A stretch of DNA of 51,879 nucleotides from a virus. The notes under the pieces are model-generated. The model was not told where the DNA came from. It was given only the letters and a program-made list of their open reading frames with translations, and made no database searches. The stretch lies in the UHGV virus genome UHGV-0213324. One strand, written 5' to 3'. How positions within the stretch are numbered: the first letter of the stretch is position 1; every line of letters begins with the position of its first letter. The position numbers and the translations under genes were made by a program. Of the stretch, positions 36,485 to 47,331 are shown piece by piece.

Positions 36485-37086
36485 TGTATATGACCTATGA
36501 AGAAACAACTAAAATATTAGCAATTCTTACTGCTATGTATCCAAAAGATTTTGAACATATAAATGAAACCAATCAAGAAGTTGTTACAAAAATCTGGTTA
36601 AGACAACTAAGTAACAGGTCTTATAAAGAAGTTTCGCATGCTGTAGAGGCATATATAGCTACCGATGTGTATGGTAAAGCTCCAACAGTGGGAAAGATTA
36701 AGCAAATGCTACAGACAGTATCAAAAGCAAATATAACTCCTCAAGAGGCTTGGAATATTCTTTATCACGCAATATGTCATGGTGGATACGATATGCATAG
36801 GGTACATGAAAAATTACCGTATGAAATAAAAATATGTGTTACTCCCGAACAAATGCATGAATGGGCGTTCGAAACAGATGCAAAAACTTGTCAGACAGTA
36901 ATTGCAAGTAATTTCCAAAGAAGTTATCAAGCGAAGCAGCAGTACATTAATCAAATGGAAAGAATACCCGAGAGAAGTATTCAAGCGATAAGAAGTGAAA
37001 ATATCAAAACACTTGGAAATGACAAAAAACAGAAAGAAATAGAGATGCTTAGTGGACTGTTAGAAGTGCTAGATAAAGCAAAATGA
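36481..37086 (+). CDS. Helicase loader/inhibitor (G39P-like)
   Basis: MTYEETTKILAIL...YP...W...L...APTVG.I; IASNFQRSY. Confidence 0.7.
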   Translation: MMYMTYEETTKILAILTAMYPKDFEHINETNQEVVTKIWLRQLSNRSYKEVSHAVEAYIATDVYGKAPTVGKIKQMLQTVSKANITPQEAWNILYHAICHGGYDMHRVHEKLPYEIKICVTPEQMHEWAFETDAKTCQTVIASNFQRSYQAKQQYINQMERIPERSIQAIRSENIKTLGNDKKQKEIEMLSGLLEVLDKAK

Positions 37087-37098
37087 TTATATTAAAAA

Positions 37099-38007
37099 AT
37101 GAAAGTGAGAAATATAGAAATGGGTTTATTATTAAAGATTATTTTATTAGTTATTGCAGTAGTTTTATTTTTTGTGTTAGGAACGTATAAAAAAGAAAAT
37201 GGATATGAGTATGGATTTAAATTTAATAAAAAACATTTTTTAGCATTAATCCCAGTTATTGTATGGGCATCAACATTGTTTGTGGCTATTGTTCCTGCAA
37301 ACACAGTAGGAGTTAAATATAGCCGTTTAAATGGTACAAGTAATAAGACATTAGACGAAGGTATACATTTAATAACTCCAATGGATAAAGTTTATGAAAT
37401 TGATACAACAGTTCAGGAAAGAACTGTAAAAAACGTTTCAGTGCAAACTCAAGATGCACAGTTTGTAAAAATGGAAATCAACGTTAAATATCAGGTGTCA
37501 AAAGATAATGCATTCAAAGTATATAAAGGCTATAAAAGTTTAGATAATCTAAATAAAAATATTATTGCTAACTATTCTCAAGAGGCATTGAACGAAGTAT
37601 GTACAAATTACAATGTAATTGATGTTTTAGGGGAAAAGCGTACAGAAATTTTAAATAAGGCAACTGAAATTTTAAACAAAAAATTTGAAAATGAAGGAGT
37701 TACATTAAAAGCACTTGTCTTAAAAGATACCGATGCGGGTGATGAAATTGAAACTGCTATTAAAAACGAAGCAGTAGCAAAAAAAGAGGTAGAAACTGCT
37801 GAACAAAAGAAACAGAAAGCACAAAAAGAAGCAGAAACAAAAATTATTGAAGCACAGGGCGAAGCTGAAGCAAATGCTGCTAAGTCATCACAGTTAACTG
37901 ATCAAATTCTAAAAGAAAAATTTATCGATAAATGGAATGGTGAACTTCCAAAAGTAAGCGGTCAAAGTGAATCATTATTTGACATCAGTAGTATTTTGGG
38001 AAAATAG
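37099..38007 (+). CDS. SPFH/prohibitin (band 7) membrane protein
   Basis: TM segments; VPANTVGV...LDEGIH; AQGEAEAN...IDKWNGELP. Confidence 0.9.
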   Translation: MKVRNIEMGLLLKIILLVIAVVLFFVLGTYKKENGYEYGFKFNKKHFLALIPVIVWASTLFVAIVPANTVGVKYSRLNGTSNKTLDEGIHLITPMDKVYEIDTTVQERTVKNVSVQTQDAQFVKMEINVKYQVSKDNAFKVYKGYKSLDNLNKNIIANYSQEALNEVCTNYNVIDVLGEKRTEILNKATEILNKKFENEGVTLKALVLKDTDAGDEIETAIKNEAVAKKEVETAEQKKQKAQKEAETKIIEAQGEAEANAAKSSQLTDQILKEKFIDKWNGELPKVSGQSESLFDISSILGK

Positions 38008-38017
38008 GAGAAAAACA

Positions 38018-38407
38018 ATGAAAAGAGATAACAATAATGAATTTGAAGAATTTTTAAAAGTATTAAACAAAACAATAAATGAAAAATTTGAAAATATTTG
38101 TAATAGCTCATTTAACGAAAGTAACAGTCAATACAAAGATCCTATACCGGTGTTAAAAAAAGCAATTTGTAAATATGGGAAACAGGCACAGCTAGATGTT
38201 GCAGTCGAAGAAATGGCCGAACTCACAAAAGAAATTATTAAATCAAAACGAGGAGCTTCTAATTATCATCAGATTGTAGAAGAACTTGCGGATGTATATA
38301 TCATGATGACTCAAATGAAATTGATTTATGGAATCTATGACGAAGAATTAATAAATGCTATGGACTTAAAAATCGCACGTTTGGAAAAGAGGCTACAAAA
38401 TGATTAA
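38018..38407 (+). CDS. MazG-like nucleotide pyrophosphohydrolase
   Basis: YG..AQ...AVEEMAEL...IVEELADV. Confidence 0.7.
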   Translation: MKRDNNNEFEEFLKVLNKTINEKFENICNSSFNESNSQYKDPIPVLKKAICKYGKQAQLDVAVEEMAELTKEIIKSKRGASNYHQIVEELADVYIMMTQMKLIYGIYDEELINAMDLKIARLEKRLQND

Positions 38408-38861
38408 TAGGGTGGTCCTTGTTGGACGAATGACTAGAAATCCTGAACTTAGAAGAACTCAACAAGGCGACGCGGTTACCTCGTTTACTTTAGCGGTAAA
38501 TCGTAATTTTACAAGCGGAGACGGTCAACGACAAGCAGATTTTATTAATTGTGTTGTATGGCGCAAACCTGCTGAAAATGTTGAAAGATACTGTTCTAAG
38601 GGAAGCTTAGTCGGTGTTGAAGGAAAAATTCAAACTCGAACATACGATGATAAAGACGGTAAAACGGTATTTGTTGTTGAGGTTAGATGCGATAGCGTGC
38701 AGTTCCTTGATACTAGAAATCAAAACGAGGCACCTATGGATACTCAAAAAGTTCAGCAGATGGCCAACGATAATTATTTTCATAATGGATCGTCAAGTCC
38801 GAGTGATTTTATGGAAGATGTGAATACATACGACATCATGGAAGATGATATACAGTTTTAA
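38400..38861 (+). CDS. ssb: Single-stranded DNA-binding protein
   Basis: MINRVVLVGR...ADFINCVVW...KGSLVGVEG; acidic tail EDDIQF. Confidence 0.96.
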   Translation: MINRVVLVGRMTRNPELRRTQQGDAVTSFTLAVNRNFTSGDGQRQADFINCVVWRKPAENVERYCSKGSLVGVEGKIQTRTYDDKDGKTVFVVEVRCDSVQFLDTRNQNEAPMDTQKVQQMANDNYFHNGSSSPSDFMEDVNTYDIMEDDIQF

Positions 38862-38975
38862 AAATAAGTAAAATTTTGATTTTAAGGAGTTTTTAACTAT
38901 AAGAGTAATAAGTTTACCTATTATGACCAAAAGCTCCTTATATCAAAGAAAACCTATTAAAAAAAGAATTTTATT

Positions 38976-39806
38976 ATGAAAGGGAAATTAAAAATGTTAA
39001 TTAAAAAGTCTTATGAACCGTTTTTATATAAATTTTTAGCAATTGCCAAAGATATTTTCAAGAAAACTGGTTCTAAAAATATTGTAATTTTCGGTGATGG
39101 TGAAAAGCTGAAATTTATTGCTAATAACTATGCAGGAATATTTGACTATCATACAGAAAAATTTGATCGCGAAATGTACGATTTTAAAGATGCAGCATAT
39201 GAGATATCATTGCTGCCTAATGATGACATTAAACTTGAAAAACTGGAATTCTATCCATGCAGTGATGAATATTTAAGCAGTGTTAAGGAGTTTTTTGTCA
39301 ATACCGATTATTTTGCAACTCATGTATTCGAATTGGATTCATGTGATGAATGTAAAATTGCTAAAATTGTAACTCTATCTGAGGCTTGGTTGTGTGATGA
39401 TGATTTGAAGTTTATCAATAAATTAAAAAATTTTGATGTCTATGTTTGTTCGGATAAGGATAGTTTTAATGACCGCATTGGAAATGAGTGGAATGCTGAA
39501 TATATATTATGCAATGAAGCAGTTGAATTTGATAATGGTTATACCACTGCATCGATTACTTTGATTTTTAATACTAGATATAATCCTCGTAAAAGTGAGG
39601 CTGTTCAGCAGAAAATTAACTTTGAAAAAAATGATGATATAGCATCTGAAATAATGGATAAAATTGAAGAGTTACCCGAAAAGGTAACTGTAGAAGTTGT
39701 TGGAAATGATACTTATGTTGAAGAAAAAGAACTTGATAATTTAATGTTTGAAGCTGAAAAACTTGAGGAGGAGTTCGAAGATGACTTCGACCCAATGCTC
39801 GCTTAA
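38976..39806 (+). CDS. Hypothetical acidic protein
   Basis: Long ORF in the early operon with an acidic C-terminus. Confidence 0.55.
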   Translation: MKGKLKMLIKKSYEPFLYKFLAIAKDIFKKTGSKNIVIFGDGEKLKFIANNYAGIFDYHTEKFDREMYDFKDAAYEISLLPNDDIKLEKLEFYPCSDEYLSSVKEFFVNTDYFATHVFELDSCDECKIAKIVTLSEAWLCDDDLKFINKLKNFDVYVCSDKDSFNDRIGNEWNAEYILCNEAVEFDNGYTTASITLIFNTRYNPRKSEAVQQKINFEKNDDIASEIMDKIEELPEKVTVEVVGNDTYVEEKELDNLMFEAEKLEEEFEDDFDPMLA

Positions 39807-40260
39807 TGTATTAAGTGATGATCTAAAAAAATTAAGGTTTGTTGTTCCAGGTGAAGCAGTTGGCAAGGGTAGACCTAAGTTTACTATGCAAGGTGGTTTT
39901 GCAAAAGCCTATACACCAAAGAAAACATCAGACTATGAAAAATTTATAAAACACTGCTATAGAAGTAAATATAGGAATTACATAAGTGATAAAGCTGTAA
40001 AGGTTATGACGTTTATTTATGTTAAGCCAGCCAAAAGTTTAAGTAAGAAAAAAAGAGCTAAATTATTAAATAATGAATTTCTTCCAACAAAGAAACCTGA
40101 CGTTGATAATATACAAAAATGTATATTAGATGCACTTAACAAGGTTGCTTTTAAGGATGATGTGCAAGTCGTAGATCAGGTGGCTATGAAACGTTTTGGT
40201 GAAGAGGATAAAGTCATTGTTGTAATTGAAGAAATAGGATTGACTATGCAGTCGATTTAA
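39781..40260 (+). CDS. rusA: RusA-family Holliday junction resolvase
   Basis: PGEAVGKGRP, KKPDVDN..K..LDALN...DD.QV. Confidence 0.9.
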   Translation: MTSTQCSLNVLSDDLKKLRFVVPGEAVGKGRPKFTMQGGFAKAYTPKKTSDYEKFIKHCYRSKYRNYISDKAVKVMTFIYVKPAKSLSKKKRAKLLNNEFLPTKKPDVDNIQKCILDALNKVAFKDDVQVVDQVAMKRFGEEDKVIVVIEEIGLTMQSI

Positions 40261-40274
40261 AGGAGGAAAGATTT

Positions 40275-40682
40275 ATGGGATTGTTTGATTTATTAAAAGA
40301 AGAAACAGAAGTTAAAGAACCACAAAAAGAAGAAATTAAAGAAGCTGAGGTTGTTGAAAATGAAGCTGCAGTAAACGAACCTGAAAAGGAAGTTAAAGAA
40401 GAACCAAAAAAAGAAGTAAAGAAGAAAACTAAAACTTCTAAAACAAAAGCAACTAAGAATGAAAAAGCAGGCTATCTTTATCCGTTTAATATTTATAGTG
40501 AAGGTTGTTTAATTGACATTGACAACTATGGTTTTGAAGAGGGGAAAACGTATAAAGAATCTGAAATTACTAAAATTATGCTGGCACACAAACACTATGA
40601 ATTTTCCGGAACAATGGAGTATTCATATATTGAGGATGATAATGTCGTTGTTGCAAATGCAAAACAGCATAAAAAGGGGTAA
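40275..40682 (+). CDS. Ubiquitin-like modifier candidate (PRTRC protein C-like), C-terminal KKG
   Basis: Low-complexity N-terminal half, compact C-domain ending QHKKG; abuts the ThiF gene. Confidence 0.5.
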   Translation: MGLFDLLKEETEVKEPQKEEIKEAEVVENEAAVNEPEKEVKEEPKKEVKKKTKTSKTKATKNEKAGYLYPFNIYSEGCLIDIDNYGFEEGKTYKESEITKIMLAHKHYEFSGTMEYSYIEDDNVVVANAKQHKKG

Positions 40683-41354
40683 TTGACTATGAGATATATG
40701 TTTTACATTGTTGGTGTTGGAGGAACCGGGTCATTATTGGCTCGGGATCTTCCAAAATTACTAACAGATACTAGAAATAGAATGTGCCTTATTGATGGTG
40801 ATGTAGTTGAAAAGAAAAACATAGTAAGACAAGGATATCAGCAACAGGATGTTGGAGATAATAAAGCTGTTGCATTATCAAGAAAAATAAATTCTCTTTA
40901 CGATACTAATTGTATTTTTATGGATCAGTACATAAATGATGAAAATTTAATTAATTTAATAAAAAGTTATAAAGCATATATACCAGTAATTCTTGGGTGT
41001 GTTGATAATGATAAGACTAGAAAAATTATTGAAAAAGTAATAAACGACAAGGATTTAAAATACAGTTATTACATTGATTCCGCAAATAGCGAATACGAGG
41101 GTAATGTTTATACAGTATCAAAGAAGCAAGGTGTTATTACGGGAAAATTAAGAAGCCAAGTGTATAAACTGGATGAAGATAAGCATCCCGATGAAGTATC
41201 TTGCCAAGATCAAGCTGCTAATGGAAATATTCAATATCTTGTTACTAATGCAAAAATGGCAGTAGCAGTATTGGAACACTGTCATGCATTATTAAAATCA
41301 GGATATAAAGAAGGTGTTCAGGTTGTCAAACGATTTGAGACAGTATTTTACTAA
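40683..41354 (+). CDS. ThiF/E1-like adenylyltransferase (PRTRC-type)
   Basis: VGVGGTGS, DGDVVEKKNIVRQ, NKA, GCVDN, IDSAN, and an SC putative catalytic Cys. Confidence 0.9.
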   Translation: MTMRYMFYIVGVGGTGSLLARDLPKLLTDTRNRMCLIDGDVVEKKNIVRQGYQQQDVGDNKAVALSRKINSLYDTNCIFMDQYINDENLINLIKSYKAYIPVILGCVDNDKTRKIIEKVINDKDLKYSYYIDSANSEYEGNVYTVSKKQGVITGKLRSQVYKLDEDKHPDEVSCQDQAANGNIQYLVTNAKMAVAVLEHCHALLKSGYKEGVQVVKRFETVFY

Positions 41355-42141
41355 AAAACAATATAATTACAAAAACAATGATTTAACACTAATTGAAGCA
41401 ATAATTGGCTATCAGCTGGAATCTGATGATTGTATAGATACGTTTGAGGAATATGCAGACTCACTCGGAGAAATATTTATTGATTATGAACAAGATTTAG
41501 AACTTTTAAATTTACATGTTTTTAACGATCTGTTTAATTCCAATATATACCAATATATTTTTCAAAGCTTTATTAAGTCTGATGATTTTGTCTTAGATGA
41601 AGTTGATGGTGTACTTGGATATATGTATGACGAAGAAAATGAAGAATTTATTAATATATCTAATAATATGCCATTGCAAGTAAGAAAACACATTAACAGA
41701 TTCTATAAAGAAGCACAAAACGAATGTTATTACGTCGATGGTGAAGAACGAAAATTAGATAGTTACTGTGCTGAAACTATCGGATTTAGGTTATATCATT
41801 TAAAAATTTATAACAAATCGCTTGCAAGGCGATTAAGAAAGAATTATAAAGCGAACGGTTCATTTTATGCATTATGTAATCAACTAGGGTTTTATATGGA
41901 GAATGGACAATTCCTGCTTATGGAGTATACATATTTAGAAGCTTCAGGGTTTTATGATCAATATATTGACTCAAGCATTATAGCAAATGCAATAGAGGAT
42001 CTAAATAAAGAGCTTCAAACAAATAGAGTTTTTAATCCAGGAATTTCAGCTGCCATTGATGAAATAAGTGATTATGAAAGAGATGATTTAATTACTGCAA
42101 TAATAAAAATTCTAGAAACTGAAAACGAGGTGATAATATGA
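41314..42141 (+). CDS. Acidic hypothetical protein in the E1-E2 cluster
   Basis: Overlaps both neighbours. Confidence 0.55.
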   Translation: MFRLSNDLRQYFTKKQYNYKNNDLTLIEAIIGYQLESDDCIDTFEEYADSLGEIFIDYEQDLELLNLHVFNDLFNSNIYQYIFQSFIKSDDFVLDEVDGVLGYMYDEENEEFINISNNMPLQVRKHINRFYKEAQNECYYVDGEERKLDSYCAETIGFRLYHLKIYNKSLARRLRKNYKANGSFYALCNQLGFYMENGQFLLMEYTYLEASGFYDQYIDSSIIANAIEDLNKELQTNRVFNPGISAAIDEISDYERDDLITAIIKILETENEVII

Positions 42142-42752
42142 GCCAAATGGTAGTTAGATTTGATTCGAACAATCGTGATGCTGAACTTTGTATAAAAAAA
42201 GGGAATGAAATAGTTTTTAAAAATATATCTGTTAAAGCTCTTGTTTCAACACTTGTAAATAATGGATATACCGAAAACACAAGTGAAAGAATAACTATTT
42301 TAGACAAACAAATAATAGCTGCTAACTTCCGTTATGTAGTAATAAGACAACCGGAACATAAAAGAATCGTGACTTTATTTGATAAAAGCTACATGATTAA
42401 TTTTCCGAATGCAATTTATATTGTTCATCATCATGATTCAAAAATAAAAAAAATAACGGCTTTTTCTTACAAAGAATACGAGGGTTTAGAAACCGATTTG
42501 TATGAATATCCAATGCCGAATGAATTAACTGAAAATACAATTTGTATGGGATCTGCAAAAAAAGAAATATTCAATAATGATTATGTAGCAGCATTAAATA
42601 GAGTTATTGCTACACCGTATTCACACACTAACTTTAGTGGAATAAAGGGATTTACTAACTCACAAAAATGGTTTGAGTATCTCCAAAAAAACGAGTTCCC
42701 TTACAAACTAATGCGATCATTAAATAAAAAGCTGAAAGACATAAGGGTATAG
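42138..42752 (+). CDS. Prokaryotic E2 family D-like protein (PRTRC protein B-like)
   Basis: FPNAIY...LYEYPMPN....ICMGS...FP. Confidence 0.7.
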   Translation: MSQMVVRFDSNNRDAELCIKKGNEIVFKNISVKALVSTLVNNGYTENTSERITILDKQIIAANFRYVVIRQPEHKRIVTLFDKSYMINFPNAIYIVHHHDSKIKKITAFSYKEYEGLETDLYEYPMPNELTENTICMGSAKKEIFNNDYVAALNRVIATPYSHTNFSGIKGFTNSQKWFEYLQKNEFPYKLMRSLNKKLKDIRV

Positions 42753-42755
42753 AAA

Positions 42756-45700
42756 ATGTGGACTTTATTAAGAAAATACAAGAGATTTTATTTATGGAAA
42801 AATCGCAAATCAGGGTGCCGAGAATGTTTCTGGCCAGAGATAGATCCAAATAAAATAATCAAAGAAAAAGAAGAACAAACATACAAATATAGTCAAGCAC
42901 AAAAGAATGTTAAATGTCGTAAAAAAAATAAAAGTATTGTGCTTAATAAACACACTAAACTGAGGTATTAAAATGCAAGCAAGAATATTGAACGAAACAA
43001 AAGGTACGTATGATCCTTATGAATTACCAGAAGGATCAAGTAAATATGAAAATGATATGGATGTAATTGTATCGTGTGCGTGCTGCGGTAAAAAAATAAC
43101 TTACGGAGATGCGTATACATCACACAAAATTCATGATCATATCGGTTTTGGTTATGCAGTATGCGGAGACTGTTATTTTGATAAAGGAATGTAACAAATG
43201 GTTAAAATATTAATCGGATTGGTAAGTGTAACACTGGGGCTTCTAGCCCTGGCTGTTACCATTAGATTTTTTGTAGAAATTTGGAGAGGTAAATAGAAAT
43301 GTTAAACATATTACTAACCATACTTACAGTAGCATTTTTATTTATTTTAGGTTGTTTTATTATATTGAATTCTCTCGAAGAAAGATATAGGGAATTGGAG
43401 GATGAAGAGAATGCTAAAGATAGAAAAGATTAAAGACGAGATTAAAAATTTTTATGACGAAAATAATACCTTACGGTGTTATTTAGCTCAGATTGCAACA
43501 AATCAGAATTACAGTGTTAACTGTTATAGAGGAGGTAATGTAAATTGCTCAAAATGCTTGAGATTATCATTATTGGAATTATTAGAAGAATATAAAGAAC
43601 CAATTAAACTTACAACATTTGAGTATAAATATTTAAAAGCTGCTAAGAAAAGTGGATACAATTTTATTGCAAGAGATGAAGATGACAGATTGTTTTTGTA
43701 TAAAGATAACCCATGGAAATGCGAAGCTGTTTGGAATAGTAAAAATTCAAATATGTTTGTGTTTCTTGAATTGTTTAATTTTGTTAAATGGGAAGATGAA
43801 GAACCTTACAGCATCGATGAAATATTAAGTAATTGCGAGGTAATGCAAGATGAATAGAAAAGAATATGAAGAAAGAATAGCAAAGCTAGAAAAAGAATTA
43901 GATGAATTAAAGGAAGTGGAAATCGTAGACGATGAGTTTCCAAAACACGGACAAGCCTATTGGTTTGTTGATACAGATGGAGATATTGTTGTCGATTATT
44001 GGCATGGTAATATAGCTGATAATTATCGTAAAACCTTTTTCAGAATTTTCAAAAACAAAAAAGAATGTGAACGTTATTTAGAAATTCAAAAAGCGTTTAA
44101 AGAGGAATCTGGAAAATTTGAGCCAAATTGGAAAGATTGCGACAACCACAAATATTATCTTTTTTACGACCATAATAACAATAGTATTAAGATTAGTTGG
44201 GGTGTAACGACTCAATTCGATACTTTATATTTTAAAAGTGAAAAAGCATTAAAAGAATTAATATCACGTTTTGGAGAAGAAGATATTAAAAAATATTATT
44301 TTGGAATAGAGGTAATTGAAGATGGAAATTAAAAACGCACAAATTAAAAATACATCATTAGGAACATGTGCTCATGGTATTTTTACTTTTACTTTAACCT
44401 TGGAAATAAGCGGAGGATTCTTTGTTGATTACGGATTAATTGCACTTGATGATTATTCAAAAACTGAGGATAAACGAATTGGCAGTTCTATAGGAATGCA
44501 GTGCATTATGGATATTATGAAAGTTGTTGGTGTTGAAAATTGGGAAGAACTGAAAGGAAAATATATTCGTATTGTCGAAAACGGTTGGGGACGTCCAGTT
44601 AATGTGATTGGCAATTTAATAGATGATATTTTCTATGATATAAAAACTTTAAAAACACTAAAACTAAAGGAGGTAGCAAAAGATGGGAATTTGGATTAGA
44701 AGTCAAGATAAAAAATCATTGTTGTTGTGCAAATCCTTTGATGTGGGTTGCGATAACAATAATTATAATATTTTAGTTAATTATGAATTAAGAAATAATG
44801 AAGAACATTACTCCCCAATGGGTAATTATTCGTCGGTAGAAAAAGCGGTTTTAGTATTGGATATGATACAAAAACATATCGAAACACATAGCAATAATGT
44901 ATTTCAAATGCCACGAGATATTATAGTAATTGATGATGAGGTTTAAATAATGAGATTTTTAACAATGTTAGCAACAAAATGTAAAGTGTGTAAAAAACGA
45001 AGCATTTGTAATTATAAAAGAATGGTAGCTTGTGCATTAGCTGAATTACCACTACAACATCATGCGGATTATGCTATGGATATGAAAGCTGATTGTGTTG
45101 CACCAATGATTAGAAAAAGAGATTTAAGAGATATTTATATTAGTGAAAATGTAAAAGTAACTATTGATCTTGAAGATGTTAAAAAGGAAATTGCAAACCA
45201 ATTTTATAACCCGTTAAGAGTTGGAAATATAAAATAATGAGGTGGAAGTATGAGTGATTCAAAATATCAAGAAGCGTTAGATAGACTTTGTGAAAATAAT
45301 TATTTCGATGAAAAAGGCAATTGTAACTGTGAATTAATTGTAATGGATCGTATTTTATTACAAGAGTTGGTTGATAAAGCAACGCCTAAGAAACCGTTTT
45401 ATGAGGCAGATGGATATGATGAAAATGGTGAACTGATTTATGACACTTGGATTTGTCCTAACTGCATTCATTATTATGAGGTAGATTATGATGATTATGA
45501 CTATTGCCCAAATTGTGGTCAACCAATAGATCGGAGTGAGAAATACGGTGAGTGATTATGGCATAGACGTAGCTACATTGAAAGCAATTAATCAACAATG
45601 TAAGGAACTAGGGTGGATTTGATGGAAAATAAATTAAGACTGCAAATTACAGAAAAATATAGAAGAAATGTATTTATAAATGTAGTTGTTCCAGAAGGCA

Positions 45701-45891
45701 GATTATATGAATTTGATTGTATTTTAGATAAATATGAAAATTCATACAATGATTACCAAACATTGATTGAAGAATTATCTGATGAAGGTTTTAAAGTATT
45801 ATTTGTTGATGATAACAAAACATTTGAATTTGAAGAAACACATGATATTGACTACTCACTCATTAATGAAGAGGTGAAAGAAAATGACTGA
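42756..45891 (+). other. Run of small hypothetical early/middle ORFs (42756, 42973, 43402, 43850, 44316, 44683, 44950, 45250, 45613)
   Basis: Closely packed + strand ORFs with RBSs; CxxC pairs in 42973 and 45250; IARD...VKWEDEEP motif in 43402. Confidence 0.6.
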
Positions 45892-45974
45892 TAAAGATTT
45901 GGAAAAAGCAAATGAATTTTGATGAATACGTTAATAAAAATTAATAATAAAAAACGATTTGGGGAGGATAAGGA

Positions 45975-46496
45975 ATGGCTAAGTACAGCATTGAAGAAAA
46001 AGAAACAATAGAAAAAGTGAAAACATATCTAAAAGCAATAAGAACACTTAATCAAGAAAAATTTTCACTGGAAATTGAGTGCGAGGACATTCCGACTCCG
46101 CAGTCGGTTAAATTCAGCAAGGAAATGCCAGGAGGGTACTCAAAACCAAAAGATGAACAAATAACCAGCATGATGATGCGCAGAGAATTAATAAATAAGC
46201 GCCTGGAGCTGTTTAACGAGGAACTGGATAGATTCACTCCGGTTCTTTATTTGCTCAAAAGCGGTCAAAGAACAATTGTTAATATATATATCAATTCAAA
46301 AGGCTATGGAGATATGATTGAACGGTTACATGAACGTTATATTAGTGAGTCTTCATATATCATCGAAATACCTAAAATATGCTTAGAATTATCGAAGTAT
46401 TTAGATTTAGAAAACATTCCAAATTTAGATGATCTTAATAAGCAGTTTAATAATTATGTTAGAAAAGAAAATAATAAAAGAAAAAAAGAAAAGTAA
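45975..46496 (+). CDS. Late transcriptional activator (ArpU/RinA-like)
   Basis: VK.YL..IR...; last gene of the early region, before the packaging module. Confidence 0.55.
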   Translation: MAKYSIEEKETIEKVKTYLKAIRTLNQEKFSLEIECEDIPTPQSVKFSKEMPGGYSKPKDEQITSMMMRRELINKRLELFNEELDRFTPVLYLLKSGQRTIVNIYINSKGYGDMIERLHERYISESSYIIEIPKICLELSKYLDLENIPNLDDLNKQFNNYVRKENNKRKKEK

Positions 46497-46500
46497 AATT

Positions 46501-46593
46501 AAGGTACTTTCACAGTACTTTTAAGGTGGTTTAAATGTAAAACTAATGTACTTTTAAGGTAGAATTCTAGTACTACAAGGTGTTATTATGATA
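46501..46593 (+). promoter_or_regulatory. Late promoter region with direct repeats
   Basis: GTACTTTTAAGGT twice, plus variants GTACTTT and GTACTACAAGGT, before a TATGAT -10; no clear -35. Confidence 0.5.
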
Positions 46594-46636
46594 TCGTGGT
46601 TTAAATGAAACAATCCTATAAACCACCTTTCCCAAT

Positions 46637-46726
46637 GTCGATATACTCAAGTGGCTTAAGAGGGCTGTTTGCTAAACAGTTAGATGGAAGATCCATGCGT
46701 AAGTTCGAATCTTACTATCGACGCCA
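46637..46726 (+). tRNA. tRNA-Ser(GCT)
   Basis: Acceptor GTCGATA/TATCGAC, G73, encoded CCA; anticodon arm GCTGT-TTGCTAA-ACAGT; long variable arm; GTTCGAATC T-loop. Confidence 0.92.
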
Positions 46727-46738
46727 ATTAAATAATTC

Positions 46739-46760
46739 AGCACCTTTGAGGTGCTTTTTT
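46739..46760 (+). terminator. Terminator after the tRNA
   Basis: AGCACCT-ttg-AGGTGCT plus T-tract. Confidence 0.65.
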
Positions 46761-46818
46761 ATTTTCGTTTTAAGCGTGATTTAACCGAGGAGGGATATTT
46801 ATTAGTATTAGTATTAAA

Positions 46819-47331
46819 ATGTTTAAAACAAGCGAAATTAAAGCGTATAAAAACAATCCTAGAAACAATGATGATGCAGTCGGTCCGGTTGCAGAATCGA
46901 TAAAACAGTTTGGATTTAAAGTTCCGATCATTATAGATAAAAATAATGTGATTGTTGCTGGCCATACACGACTAAAAGCAGCTATAAAATTAAAACTTGC
47001 CGAAGTTCCCTGCATTGTGGCTGATGATTTAACCGAGGAACAGATAAAAGCGTTTAGGCTGGCTGATAATAAAGTTAGTGAATTCGCTACATGGGATTTT
47101 GAGTTACTGGATATAGAACTTGATAATATTGCATGTATTAATATGAGCGATTTTGGTTTCCTTAATGTGGATATATTAGATGATGAGCTTGAAAAACAAA
47201 TGGAATATTTAACCCAGGATACTAAAACAAAAAAATTCATTGTAAAATTAACATTTACCACAGAAAATGAAGCAAATGAGTGCAAGGACAAATTAATGTC
47301 GCTTGGATATGAAAATGTTGATATAGCATGA
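46819..47331 (+). CDS. ParB N-terminal domain protein
   Basis: NPR.N...SIKQFGFKVPIIID...AGHTRLKAA...RLADNK. Confidence 0.9.
   Translation: MFKTSEIKAYKNNPRNNDDAVGPVAESIKQFGFKVPIIIDKNNVIVAGHTRLKAAIKLKLAEVPCIVADDLTEEQIKAFRLADNKVSEFATWDFELLDIELDNIACINMSDFGFLNVDILDDELEKQMEYLTQDTKTKKFIVKLTFTTENEANECKDKLMSLGYENVDIA

Noticed and set aside
46770..47291. 173-aa minus-strand ORF
   Set aside because: Antisense to the clearly conserved ParB-N gene.
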